Source: Candidatus Eiseniibacteriota bacterium (lineage in GTDB: Bacteria > Eisenbacteria > RBG-16-71-46 > DASYSL01). From it: DNA of 22,293 nucleotides. This document shows, in pieces, positions 1 through 7,437 of the stretch. The number at the start of each line of letters is the position of its first letter. Within the stretch, counting starts at the first letter, position 1. The stretch spans positions 1 to 22,293 of the forward strand of contig JANPEF010000098.1 of the NCBI GenBank assembly GCA_031431875.1, in the 5' to 3' direction. The position numbers and the translations under genes are program-made. The notes under the pieces were generated by a model. It did not search any database and was not told the DNA's origin. It saw only the letters and a program-made list of their open reading frames with translations.

Positions 1-807
1 CCCGGCCTGCCCGACGGCATCCCCATCCTCGGCGTGGCCGGCGACCAGCAGGCGGCGCTCTACGGCCAGGGCTGCACGACGCCGGGCGCGATCAAGAACA
101 CGTACGGCACGGGCTGCTTCCTGATGGCGTTCACGGGGACGAAGCGCGTGCCGTCGAAGCACGGCCTGCTGACGACGGTCGCCTGCGCCGACGACGGATC
201 GCCGGCCTACGCGCTCGAGGGCGCGGTGTTCATCGCCGGCGCGGCCGTGCAGTGGCTGCGCGATGGGCTGGGTGTGATCGCCAACGCCGCCGAGACCGAG
301 GCGCTGGCGCGCTCCGTTCCCGACACGGCGGGCACCGTGTTCGTGCCGGCGTTCGTCGGCCTGGGCGCACCGCACTGGGATGCCGAGGCGCGCGGCGCCT
401 GGCTGGGCTTGACGCGCGGCGCCGGCCGCGCCCACCTGGTGCGCGCGGTGCTCGAGTCGATCGCGTGGCAGACGCGCGACGTGGTCGAGGCGATGGCCAA
501 CGACGGCCTGCCGCGGGGGCGCACGTTGCGCGTCGACGGCGGCGCGACCGCGAACGGCTTCCTCATGCAATTGCAGGCCGATGCGCTGGGTGTCCCGGTG
601 GTGCGCCCGCGCATGGTCGAGACGACCGCACTTGGCGCGGGTCTGCTGGCGGCGCGCGCGCTGGGGTGGAAGGCGGCCGGAAGCGAGGCGCGCGCGGAAG
701 GTCGCACGTTCAAGCCGCGCGCGGGGCGGGCTGCGGGGCGCGCAAGGGCGGAGGCGGCGGCACGCTGGGCGGCGGCGATCGAAGCGGTGCGGGGCATGGC
801 GCGATGA
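1..807 (+). CDS. glpK: Glycerol kinase, C-terminal part (5' truncated by the window)
   Basis: Frame is open from base 1 ([23 protein letters not shown]). FGGY/GlpK motifs: [61 protein letters not shown]. Confidence 0.95.
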   Translation, partial: PGLPDGIPILGVAGDQQAALYGQGCTTPGAIKNTYGTGCFLMAFTGTKRVPSKHGLLTTVACADDGSPAYALEGAVFIAGAAVQWLRDGLGVIANAAETEALARSVPDTAGTVFVPAFVGLGAPHWDAEARGAWLGLTRGAGRAHLVRAVLESIAWQTRDVVEAMANDGLPRGRTLRVDGGATANGFLMQLQADALGVPVVRPRMVETTALGAGLLAARALGWKAAGSEARAEGRTFKPRAGRAAGRARAEAAARWAAAIEAVRGMAR

Positions 808-1262
808 CCGCCGAACCCACCAACGCCGAGATCGAGGCCATCGTCCGCGCCATGCGCGTCATCGCCGTGCTCGGCATGAAGGACGAGTCGCGCGCCGGCG
901 AGCCCGGGCTCGAGATCCCGCGCATGCTGGTCGAGCAAGGGTTCGAGGTGATCCCGGTCAATCCCACCATCGCCAGCGCGCTGGGCCGCCCGGCCTATCC
1001 GCGCCTGTCCGACGTGCCGGTGGCGTTCGACCTGCTCGATGTGTTCCGCCGCGCGGACCGCATTCCGCAGATCGCCGACGAGGTGCTCGCCCTCGCGCCC
1101 GACCGAAGACCGCGAGTCGTCTGGCTGCAGAGCGGGATTCGGCACGACGTGGCGGCGTCTCGGTTACGCGCGGCGGGAATCACGGTAGTGCAGGACGCGT
1201 GTCTCGGAGTGCTGGCGGCGCGGTACCTGCCACGACCGCCGGCAAGCCCGGGCACAGCCTAG
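804..1262 (+). CDS. CoA-binding protein (YccU / CoA_binding_2 family)
   Basis: ATG 804 overlaps the glpK stop (ATGA). Motifs [46 protein letters not shown]. Confidence 0.9.
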   Translation: MTAEPTNAEIEAIVRAMRVIAVLGMKDESRAGEPGLEIPRMLVEQGFEVIPVNPTIASALGRPAYPRLSDVPVAFDLLDVFRRADRIPQIADEVLALAPDRRPRVVWLQSGIRHDVAASRLRAAGITVVQDACLGVLAARYLPRPPASPGTA

Positions 1263-2134
1263 GCCCCGATCCGGTTCGTCCCCAGCACGTGCCGGTCGAG
1301 CCAGCGTGCAAGGTCGGCGAGCACGCGATTGCGGTCCAGCTCGTTGAGCGGTTCGTGGAACATGCCGGGATAGATCCGCGTCTCACTGCCGGGCACGGTT
1401 GCCAGACGCATGAACTTCTGCGCCGCGTCGACGCTCGCGATCGGATCGGTTGCGCCGTGCAGGAGCAGGACCGGCGCCTCGAGGATCGCGTCCTGCCCGC
1501 TCTCGACTCCCGCGCGCAGGCGGGCCTGGGCGGCGCGCATCGCGGTGAAATAGCGCGCCGTCATGACGCGCACCACGGCGGGGTCGGCGTCGTAGGCGGC
1601 GACGATCGTCTCGTCGTGCGACATCTCGTGGCCGCGCAGCCCGGTCGCCTGCGCCAGCCGCGGCAGGATCCACGACACCGCGTTGGCCAGCGCGACCTTG
1701 AACGGCGGCAGCACCTTCGACGCGGCGAAGAACGGCGCGACCAGCACGAGACCATGGAAGATGCCGCGGTGCGCCGGGAGCCACTCGGCGGCCAGCAGGC
1801 CGCCCATGCTCGCCCCGAGCAACGCGCGCCGGGCGGGCAGGCGACGCTCGCTCTCGAGCACGCCGACCACCGTGGTGAGATCGTCGTGGAGCGCCTGCCA
1901 CGAGGGCGTGTGCCCGCGCGGCCCGGTCGACTTCCCGTGGCCGCGCGCCTCGATCACGAAACTGGAGTAGCCGCGCGAGGCGAGCTCGGTCTGCAGGCGC
2001 GCGTAGCGCCCGGCGTGCTCGGCGAAACCGGGGACGATCACGACGCCGCCGCGCGGATCGGCGACGGGATGACCGACGACGTGCAGGCGCACGCCGTTCG
2101 CCGGGACCGTCATCTCGAATGGGGTGTTCGCCAT
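1259..2134 (-). CDS. Alpha/beta hydrolase, lysophospholipase / monoglyceride lipase-like
   Basis: PGFAEHAGRY, RGHGKSTGPRGH, nucleophile elbow GASMGG, LLLHGATDPI, YPGMFHEPLNE. Start taken at ATG 2134 (MANTP), just downstream of the SDR stop. Confidence 0.9.
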   Translation of the reverse strand: MANTPFEMTVPANGVRLHVVGHPVADPRGGVVIVPGFAEHAGRYARLQTELASRGYSSFVIEARGHGKSTGPRGHTPSWQALHDDLTTVVGVLESERRLPARRALLGASMGGLLAAEWLPAHRGIFHGLVLVAPFFAASKVLPPFKVALANAVSWILPRLAQATGLRGHEMSHDETIVAAYDADPAVVRVMTARYFTAMRAAQARLRAGVESGQDAILEAPVLLLHGATDPIASVDAAQKFMRLATVPGSETRIYPGMFHEPLNELDRNRVLADLARWLDRHVLGTNRIGA

Positions 2135-2150
2135 GGCGCGGGAAAGACCG

Positions 2151-2882
2151 TCAGCCGCGCTTCGGGGGATGCAGGGGCCGCAGGTGGACCTGCGACACGA
2201 GCGCATTCGGCGAGGCCGTGACGATCGCCAGCGCCGCGTGCGCGACATCGTCGACGGTGAGGCGGCCCGCAGGCTCGCGGCCGCCGGCGAAGTCGGTGGC
2301 GGTCGAGCCGGGGCAGATCGCGGCCACGCGAATGCCGAAGTGGCGCAGCTCGAGCATGCACGCCTCGCTGAAGCCCATGAGGCCGAACTTGGTCGCGTTG
2401 TAGCCCGACAGGTTCGGGTTGGCGACGAGGCCGGCGACCGATGCGATGTTGAGGATCGTGCCCGAGCCCTGGCGCTTCATCGCCGGAACGACCGCGCGCG
2501 TGCACAGGAACGGCCCGCGCAGGTTGACGCCGAGCATCTCGTCGAACTGCTCGATCGTCATTGCGTCGACCGGGCCGAAGTGGCCCAGCCCGGCGTTGTT
2601 CACCAGGATGTCGAGGCGGCCGAATGCGTCGAGCGTCCCCTGGACCATGCCCTCGACCGAGCGATCGTCGCGCACGTCGGCGGGCACGATGATGGCGCGC
2701 CGGCCGAGCGCCTCGATCTTCTTCGCCAGGTCCTCGAGGTCGGGCACCGTGCGCGCGGCGAGCGCCACGTCGGCGCCGGCGCGGGCGAGCGCCAGCGCGA
2801 CGCCGCGGCCGATGCCGCGCGACGCGCCGGTGACCAGCGCGGTCTGGCGGGCGAGTGGATGCGCCGCGCCGGGGGCGGACAT
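2151..2882 (-). CDS. Classical short-chain dehydrogenase/reductase
   Basis: TGASRGIG, DILVNNAG, NIASVAG, YNATK, ICPG. ATG 2882 is 1 nt after the upstream stop. Confidence 0.93.
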   Translation of the reverse strand: MSAPGAAHPLARQTALVTGASRGIGRGVALALARAGADVALAARTVPDLEDLAKKIEALGRRAIIVPADVRDDRSVEGMVQGTLDAFGRLDILVNNAGLGHFGPVDAMTIEQFDEMLGVNLRGPFLCTRAVVPAMKRQGSGTILNIASVAGLVANPNLSGYNATKFGLMGFSEACMLELRHFGIRVAAICPGSTATDFAGGREPAGRLTVDDVAHAALAIVTASPNALVSQVHLRPLHPPKRG

Positions 2883-2883
2883 C

Positions 2884-4287
2884 TCAGCGCTCCTCGTCGT
2901 CGTCGCCGTCGCGCCAGCGCGTGGCGGCCTCGGCGGCGGCTTCGTCCTCGACGTCGCCTTTGTGGGAGACGGGCGCCGGAGCGGTCTCGCCCACCAGCTC
3001 GGCATCCTCGGGCAGCGTGAAGGCCAGTCGCCTCGAGTCGAGATCGACCTTGCTGACGATGGCGTCGACCTCCTGGTCGAGCCGGTAGCGCTCGCTCGGG
3101 TGATGACCCCACGGCGTCGAGAAGATGTTCGAGATGTGGAGCAGGCCGAAGATGCCGGGCTCGAGCTCGATGAAGACGCCGTACTCCTTGACGCCGCTCA
3201 CCCGACCGTGGACGGCGCTGCCCACGTCGTACTTGGAGGCGGCGTGCAACCACGGGTCGTCGGTGAGCTGCTTCAGGCCGACGGAAACGCGGCCGTTGCT
3301 CTCCTCGACCTCGAGCACCTGCACCCGGAGCTTCTGGTTGAGCGTGACGATCTGGCCCGGGTGCCGCACGTGCTGCCACGCCATCTGGCTGACATGCAGC
3401 AGCGCATCGACGCCGCCCAGGTCGAGGAACGCGCCGAACTCGGTGATCGACTTGACCGTGCCCTCGACGACGTCGCCGGGGACCCACGTCCGGTTGCTCC
3501 ACACCTGCGGGTCGCCCCGTTCGGCTCGATTGCGCTCGAGCGCGGCCATGCGCTGCGCCAGCTTGCCGCGCGCCCACGGCGCGTCGGGCGCAGCGGCGCC
3601 GAAGGCGGGTTGGGCGTCGTCGTCGCGCATCGCGCCCCCGCGCGTGCTGCGGGGCAGCGCGCCCTCGCTGCGCGGCCAGCCTCCGCGCTCGCCGCGGTCG
3701 CCGTCGCGCCGTTCGCTGCGGTCGGCCCGCTCGGCTCGCTCGATCCGCTCGTGTCGCGAGGCGGGGCCGCCGGCGGCGTCCATGCCGTGGCCCCCGTCGA
3801 TACGCTCGAGACCGGGGATCTCGAGCGGGTCGAAATTCCCGCCCGATGCCGAAATGAGGTCGTAGGAGACCGAGCCCGGCACGCCCGAGATGATCACTTC
3901 CTTGCCAAAACGATTGCGGGCCATGGTCACGACGCGCAGGAAGTCGCGGTCGCCCGTCATCAGGAGGACGGTCGGGATGGCGGCACGATCGAGCATCGTC
4001 TCGATGATGTCGCTCAGCATGTCCATGTCGGCGCCGGACTTCTTGCGGTCCCCGACCTGGTGTGCCTGCACGTTGACCGCGGTGATGCCCGACACCTGGA
4101 GATCGCGCAGGACGTCCGAGGGGAAGTCCTCGAAGTCGGCGTAGGCGCGCGCGATGTTCACGAGGCCGTATTTCCGGGCGGTTTCGATGAGCAACGAAGC
4201 CCGAGGTTCGACCCCGTAGGCGTTCAGTGTTCCGAAGCGGATGTTCTCGAAATCGATGAAGAGCGCCACTTCCTTACGTGGTTCCAC
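2884..4287 (-). CDS. NYN (LabA/DUF88, PIN-fold) putative ribonuclease fused to two S1 RNA-binding domains
   Basis: N-terminal ALFIDFEN, RAYAD, KKSGADMDM, LLMTGDRDF (NYN acidic motifs). C-terminal GTVKSITEFGAFLDLGGVDALLHVSQMAW...VSVGLKQLTDDPW...EYGVFIELEPGIFGLLHIS (two S1 repeats). GTG start with GGGAG at 4298-4302. Confidence 0.9.
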   Translation of the reverse strand: MEPRKEVALFIDFENIRFGTLNAYGVEPRASLLIETARKYGLVNIARAYADFEDFPSDVLRDLQVSGITAVNVQAHQVGDRKKSGADMDMLSDIIETMLDRAAIPTVLLMTGDRDFLRVVTMARNRFGKEVIISGVPGSVSYDLISASGGNFDPLEIPGLERIDGGHGMDAAGGPASRHERIERAERADRSERRDGDRGERGGWPRSEGALPRSTRGGAMRDDDAQPAFGAAAPDAPWARGKLAQRMAALERNRAERGDPQVWSNRTWVPGDVVEGTVKSITEFGAFLDLGGVDALLHVSQMAWQHVRHPGQIVTLNQKLRVQVLEVEESNGRVSVGLKQLTDDPWLHAASKYDVGSAVHGRVSGVKEYGVFIELEPGIFGLLHISNIFSTPWGHHPSERYRLDQEVDAIVSKVDLDSRRLAFTLPEDAELVGETAPAPVSHKGDVEDEAAAEAATRWRDGDDDEER

Positions 4288-4528
4288 AGTCCATTGTCTC
4301 CCTGGAGGCGACGAATCGCCTGGGTCCGGCCCTGGATCGCGATCGGGGGACTCACGAGGGGAACAATGCCAAGGATGCGAATCCCGCGGCCGGGTATCTG
4401 AATGTGCGTCGCGCGACGTCCTGTCCGCGACGCTGTTGCCGAGGTCCGTTCAGCCGGTTTCGTATTCCTTGAGCGCGCGCGAAAGCCCTTCGCCGTGGTT
4501 CGCCCGGGATGTTCGCGGCTCGCGAACG

Positions 4529-4534
4529 ATCATA
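4529..4534 (-). promoter_or_regulatory. Putative sigma70 -10 element (TATGAT) for the NYN-S1 operon
   Basis: Minus strand reads gtcggcTATGAT in an AT-richer patch of the 4288-4568 intergenic region. No good -35 seen. Confidence 0.45.
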
Positions 4535-4568
4535 GCCGACACAACGGCGAAAATCCTACGACAAACAT

Positions 4569-4928
4569 TTATCCGGAGGTCGCGGGAGGGTCCTGTTGAT
4601 CCGGGCGGAGCCCCAGGGCCCCCTGCACCTTGCCTTCGAGCGAGAGCGGTTCGCCCCGTCGCTCGTCGATGCGCAGGTGCGTGACCACGCGATCGGTCCC
4701 CGTGTGCAGGTCGAACGTGGCCGTGTGCAGCGCGCGAGCCAGTGCGAGCACGTCGTCGAGGGGACCCTCGACCAGCGTGCCCATGGCGGTGAGCTGGTGG
4801 GCGAGGCCGCTGGCCTTCACCAGCGGGAGGAGCGCGCGGATGAACTCGCGAATGGTGGCCTCCCCGGTGCCCAGCGGCGTGATGAAGATCTCGGCAACGA
4901 TGGGGCGGCGGGGATCGAACGCGTGCAC
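4569..4928 (-). CDS. MTH1187/YkoF-like (thiamine-binding family) protein
   Basis: IVAEIFITPLGTG, SGLAHQLTAMGTLVEGPLDDVL, RVVTHLRIDERR, SLEGKV. Start GTG 4928 is inferred. Confidence 0.85.
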   Translation of the reverse strand: MHAFDPRRPIVAEIFITPLGTGEATIREFIRALLPLVKASGLAHQLTAMGTLVEGPLDDVLALARALHTATFDLHTGTDRVVTHLRIDERRGEPLSLEGKVQGALGLRPDQQDPPATSG

Positions 4929-4939
4929 GGAAGTCGGCC

Positions 4940-5560
4940 TCAGGGGCGCGCGGCGGCGCCCGCGCTCGCACTTGCGCGGCGGTAGGCGTCCCAGCTCGTC
5001 GTCTTGTAGTGGCCGTCGCCGATGAAGCGCAGGACGCCGAGGAACTGGTCGGGCTTGACGAAGCCGGGTACCTGCGTGACCAGCGCGCCGTCGGCGGCGA
5101 AGAACAGGGTCGTCGGGTAGCCGGTGATGCGGAACGAGTCGGCGAACTGGCGGTGCGTGCTCTCGACCCCGCCGTAGTCGACACGGCTGTCGTCGTCCTC
5201 GGCGTCGACCCGGGCGGCGATGAACTTGCGCCCGACGAATTCGCGCACGGCCGGGTCGGCGTAGGTCGCCTTGTCCATCTTCCGGCACCAGCCGCACCAT
5301 CGGGTCTGGACGTCGACCAGGAGCGGCCGGCCCGTGCGCTTCGCCTCGGCCAGGCCCTCCTCGAGGTCGGTCCAGCGGATCTTCTCGACTCCGCTGTCAG
5401 CCGCCATGTCGGCCGCCGGAACGGCGGCCCCGCCTCCGGCACTGCCCCCCCGGATCACCTTCGGAGTCGGCCCTTCGCTCTGCGCGGACGCAGGATCGAC
5501 GACGAGAAGCCCGGCGAACAGCGCAAGCAGGACGAGCGGGGCACCCCGGGCGGAACGCAT
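4940..5560 (-). CDS. Secreted thioredoxin-fold protein (DUF255/SoxW-like)
   Basis: Signal peptide MRSARGAPLVLLALFAGLLVVDPASAQ; WCGWCRKM redox motif; cis-Pro loop ITGYPTTLF; VPGFVKPDQF. Confidence 0.88.
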   Translation of the reverse strand: MRSARGAPLVLLALFAGLLVVDPASAQSEGPTPKVIRGGSAGGGAAVPAADMAADSGVEKIRWTDLEEGLAEAKRTGRPLLVDVQTRWCGWCRKMDKATYADPAVREFVGRKFIAARVDAEDDDSRVDYGGVESTHRQFADSFRITGYPTTLFFAADGALVTQVPGFVKPDQFLGVLRFIGDGHYKTTSWDAYRRASASAGAAARP

Positions 5561-5566
5561 GGCGGG

Positions 5567-5575
5567 AGCGTAGCA
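5567..5575 (-). promoter_or_regulatory. Putative extended -10 promoter (TG-C-TACGCT) 6 nt before ATG 5560; probably leaderless
   Basis: Minus strand reads gtgcTACGCTcccgccATG, with no Shine-Dalgarno. Confidence 0.55.
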
Positions 5576-5592
5576 CGCGCTCGAAACGGGCC

Positions 5593-6450
5593 TCAACCGC
5601 GCCCCCGGACCGTGTGCTCGATCATGCCGGTGGGGTCGTTCGGGTCGAACACGACGGCGCACCAGCGCTTGTCGCCCTCGAACTGGCCGGGGTTCACCAC
5701 CCGGGTGCGCCCGATCGTGTCGTGGAAGCGTCCCGAGACCGTCGGGCTCTCGTGGATGTGGCCCGACAGCGACCACGGCGGCTGGTGTCGTTCGATGAAG
5801 TCGCGGAGCGCCCGCGAGCCCACGGGCGCGCCGCCATGGATACGATCGCAGGCCGTGTCGTAGGGCGGCGAGTGCACGACGAACACCGTTCGCGACGGAT
5901 CGGTACGCGCGCCCAGGTCGGCCAGCGCGTCGGCGATGGTCGCGCCGCGGGCGGCGGGGTCGAAGCGGAACTCCTCGAGACCCCCGGGGGTCGAGCGCAG
6001 GCCGTCGAGCGCCACGCCGGGCGGCGAATCGGCGGTGTCGAAGCGCTCCCAGTCCTTCATCGAGAACGGGGTGATCGGCACCCACGACAGGCCGGCCAGC
6101 GCCAGGCCGCCCTCGGCGGGGCCGAGTTCGTGGACGCGATCGTGGAGCACCGACCAGAGCGCGGGGTCGCCGGCCTCGAGTGCGTCGTGGTTCACGGCCC
6201 AGTCGTCGTTGCCCATGAGAATGAACAGGCGCACGCCCGGAGACGCGGCGCGAACGCGCTCGGCATAGGCGCGGAACGGCCCGGTCCAGAATGCGCGCTG
6301 CACGGCGGAACCTTCGAAGACCCGGGTGTGCGGGCCCAGGTCGCCGCCCAGGATCACGACGGAAGGCCGGTGCTCCGCCGCCGCGGCGACGAGCGCTTCG
6401 TAGAACGGAAGATGCCCGTGGAGGTCGGAGGTGAAGATCCAGCGTCCCAC
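5593..6450 (-). CDS. Calcineurin-like metallophosphoesterase
   Basis: SDLHG, GGDLG, GNDD, HSPPY, LSGHIHE, VVNPG motifs. Confidence 0.9.
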   Translation of the reverse strand: MGRWIFTSDLHGHLPFYEALVAAAAEHRPSVVILGGDLGPHTRVFEGSAVQRAFWTGPFRAYAERVRAASPGVRLFILMGNDDWAVNHDALEAGDPALWSVLHDRVHELGPAEGGLALAGLSWVPITPFSMKDWERFDTADSPPGVALDGLRSTPGGLEEFRFDPAARGATIADALADLGARTDPSRTVFVVHSPPYDTACDRIHGGAPVGSRALRDFIERHQPPWSLSGHIHESPTVSGRFHDTIGRTRVVNPGQFEGDKRWCAVVFDPNDPTGMIEHTVRGRG

Positions 6451-6465
6451 GGGCAGGCGCCTCGC

Positions 6466-7299
6466 CTAGACGCGGACCACGATCGCCTCGCGGCGCTTGC
6501 TCAGCGACGGAAAGTCGATCGCCTTGAAGATCGTGATCCGGCCCGCGTAAGAGACCTTGACGACGTACGCGTCGCCGGACGTGCCTGCGGAGTCCCCGTA
6601 GGCGACGGCAAACAGGTACTTCCCGCCGCCCGAGGTCGTTCCTTCGCCGAGGATGTTCGGCGTACCGTACTGCTGCACGATCACCAGTGCGCCGTCGAGC
6701 GCCAGTCCGCTGGTCGCGTCCTCGACCTTGATGTCGTAGGTCGTCGAATCGGCGCCCGGGGTGGCCAGGTCGCGCCGCAGCTCGAACGAGATCGGCGGCC
6801 CGCTCTCCCCGGCCACCTGCATCCTGGCGAACAAGGCGTCGGCGGGAATCCCGACGGTCAGCTTCCGCGTGATGATGAGGTCCTTGATCGTGATCGTCTG
6901 CAGCGTGTCCCCCGACAACCCGACGTTGCACTCCTCGTCGGCCGTATAGCGGGCCAGCGGCGTGATCACGTACACGCGCGCCGTGTCGAGACCCTCGAGG
7001 CGCAGCTCGAGTCCGCCACGGGCCTCGCAACCGTTGTGGAACACGGTCTGCACCTTGACGCGCACGTCCATGACGACGGTGGTGAGCGTGTCCGTGGGTA
7101 TGCCGTTCACCTTGATCGTGTCGTTGCGCGTCGTGTATCTGGTCACGTCGTAGGCAATGCCGGGCACCGGCAGCGCGTTCTGGATGGTCCGCCCCTCCTC
7201 GCTGCAGCCCGCGAGCGCGGCGGCGGCGGCGGCGGCAAGGACCGGGGCGGCAAGGCGGACACGGGTGAAAACGCCGGGGAATCGTGCAGTCGGGGTCAT
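6466..7299 (-). CDS. Hypothetical lipoprotein, beta-rich, with a possible carboxypeptidase-regulatory-like C-terminal domain
   Basis: ATG 7299; basic N-terminus, Ala-rich h-region and lipobox LAGC; C-terminal IKVEDATSGLALDGALV...GTTSGGGKYLF. Confidence 0.75.
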   Translation of the reverse strand: MTPTARFPGVFTRVRLAAPVLAAAAAAALAGCSEEGRTIQNALPVPGIAYDVTRYTTRNDTIKVNGIPTDTLTTVVMDVRVKVQTVFHNGCEARGGLELRLEGLDTARVYVITPLARYTADEECNVGLSGDTLQTITIKDLIITRKLTVGIPADALFARMQVAGESGPPISFELRRDLATPGADSTTYDIKVEDATSGLALDGALVIVQQYGTPNILGEGTTSGGGKYLFAVAYGDSAGTSGDAYVVKVSYAGRITIFKAIDFPSLSKRREAIVVRV

Positions 7300-7305
7300 G
7301 GATCG

Positions 7306-7314
7306 ACGATAGCA
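7306..7314 (-). promoter_or_regulatory. Putative extended -10 promoter (TG-C-TATCGT) 6 nt before ATG 7299; probably leaderless
   Basis: Minus strand reads gtgcTATCGTcgatccATG, with no Shine-Dalgarno. Confidence 0.55.
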
Positions 7315-7343
7315 CACACCTCCGCGCCGGCAGGACCCCCGGC

Positions 7344-7373
7344 TTGACCCCCGGTCGGGAGAGCCGCCATACT
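7344..7373 (+). promoter_or_regulatory. Putative sigma70 promoter TTGACC-N18-CATACT
   Basis: -35 at 7344-7349 and -10 at 7368-7373; purine-rich RBS AGGAAGGAAGG before ATG 7438. Confidence 0.6.
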
Positions 7374-7437
7374 TTCGACGTCGACGCCCGCCGCCCCACT
7401 CGCCGTCCCCCGGACGGTTCCGTTCAGGAAGGAAGGC

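Noticed and set aside
3013..3486. Calling this gene rpsA or an rpsA pseudogene
   Set aside because: It has only two S1 repeats, lacks D1-D2, and is fused in frame to an intact NYN domain with no stops or frameshifts.
2884..4287. NYN gene as a toxin-antitoxin or anti-phage module
   Set aside because: There is no adjacent antitoxin-like ORF and no defence or mobility genes; the context is housekeeping. It cannot be fully excluded.
4274..4294. Out-of-frame ATG GAC TGT GGA ACC ACG TAA overlapping the NYN start
   Set aside because: It is only 3 nt from the SD and its stop lies inside the gene with no coupling geometry. Most likely chance.
2419..4401. 660-aa plus-strand ORF, and similar long ORFs at 5614-7347, 8526-10583, 11812-13605, 16429-17682 and 17800-19860
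   Set aside because: Antisense shadows of well-supported genes. They have no recognisable motifs and are expected at this GC content and codon bias.
4569..4960. TPP riboswitch or thiamine pathway linked to the MTH1187-family gene
   Set aside because: Only 11 nt separate it from the upstream gene, I saw no TPP aptamer core, and no thi genes are in the window.
4940..7399. 819-aa ORF as a single gene
   Set aside because: Only the last 206 aa (from ATG 5560) look like a real protein. The rest is Arg/Pro-rich off-frame read-through over two other genes.
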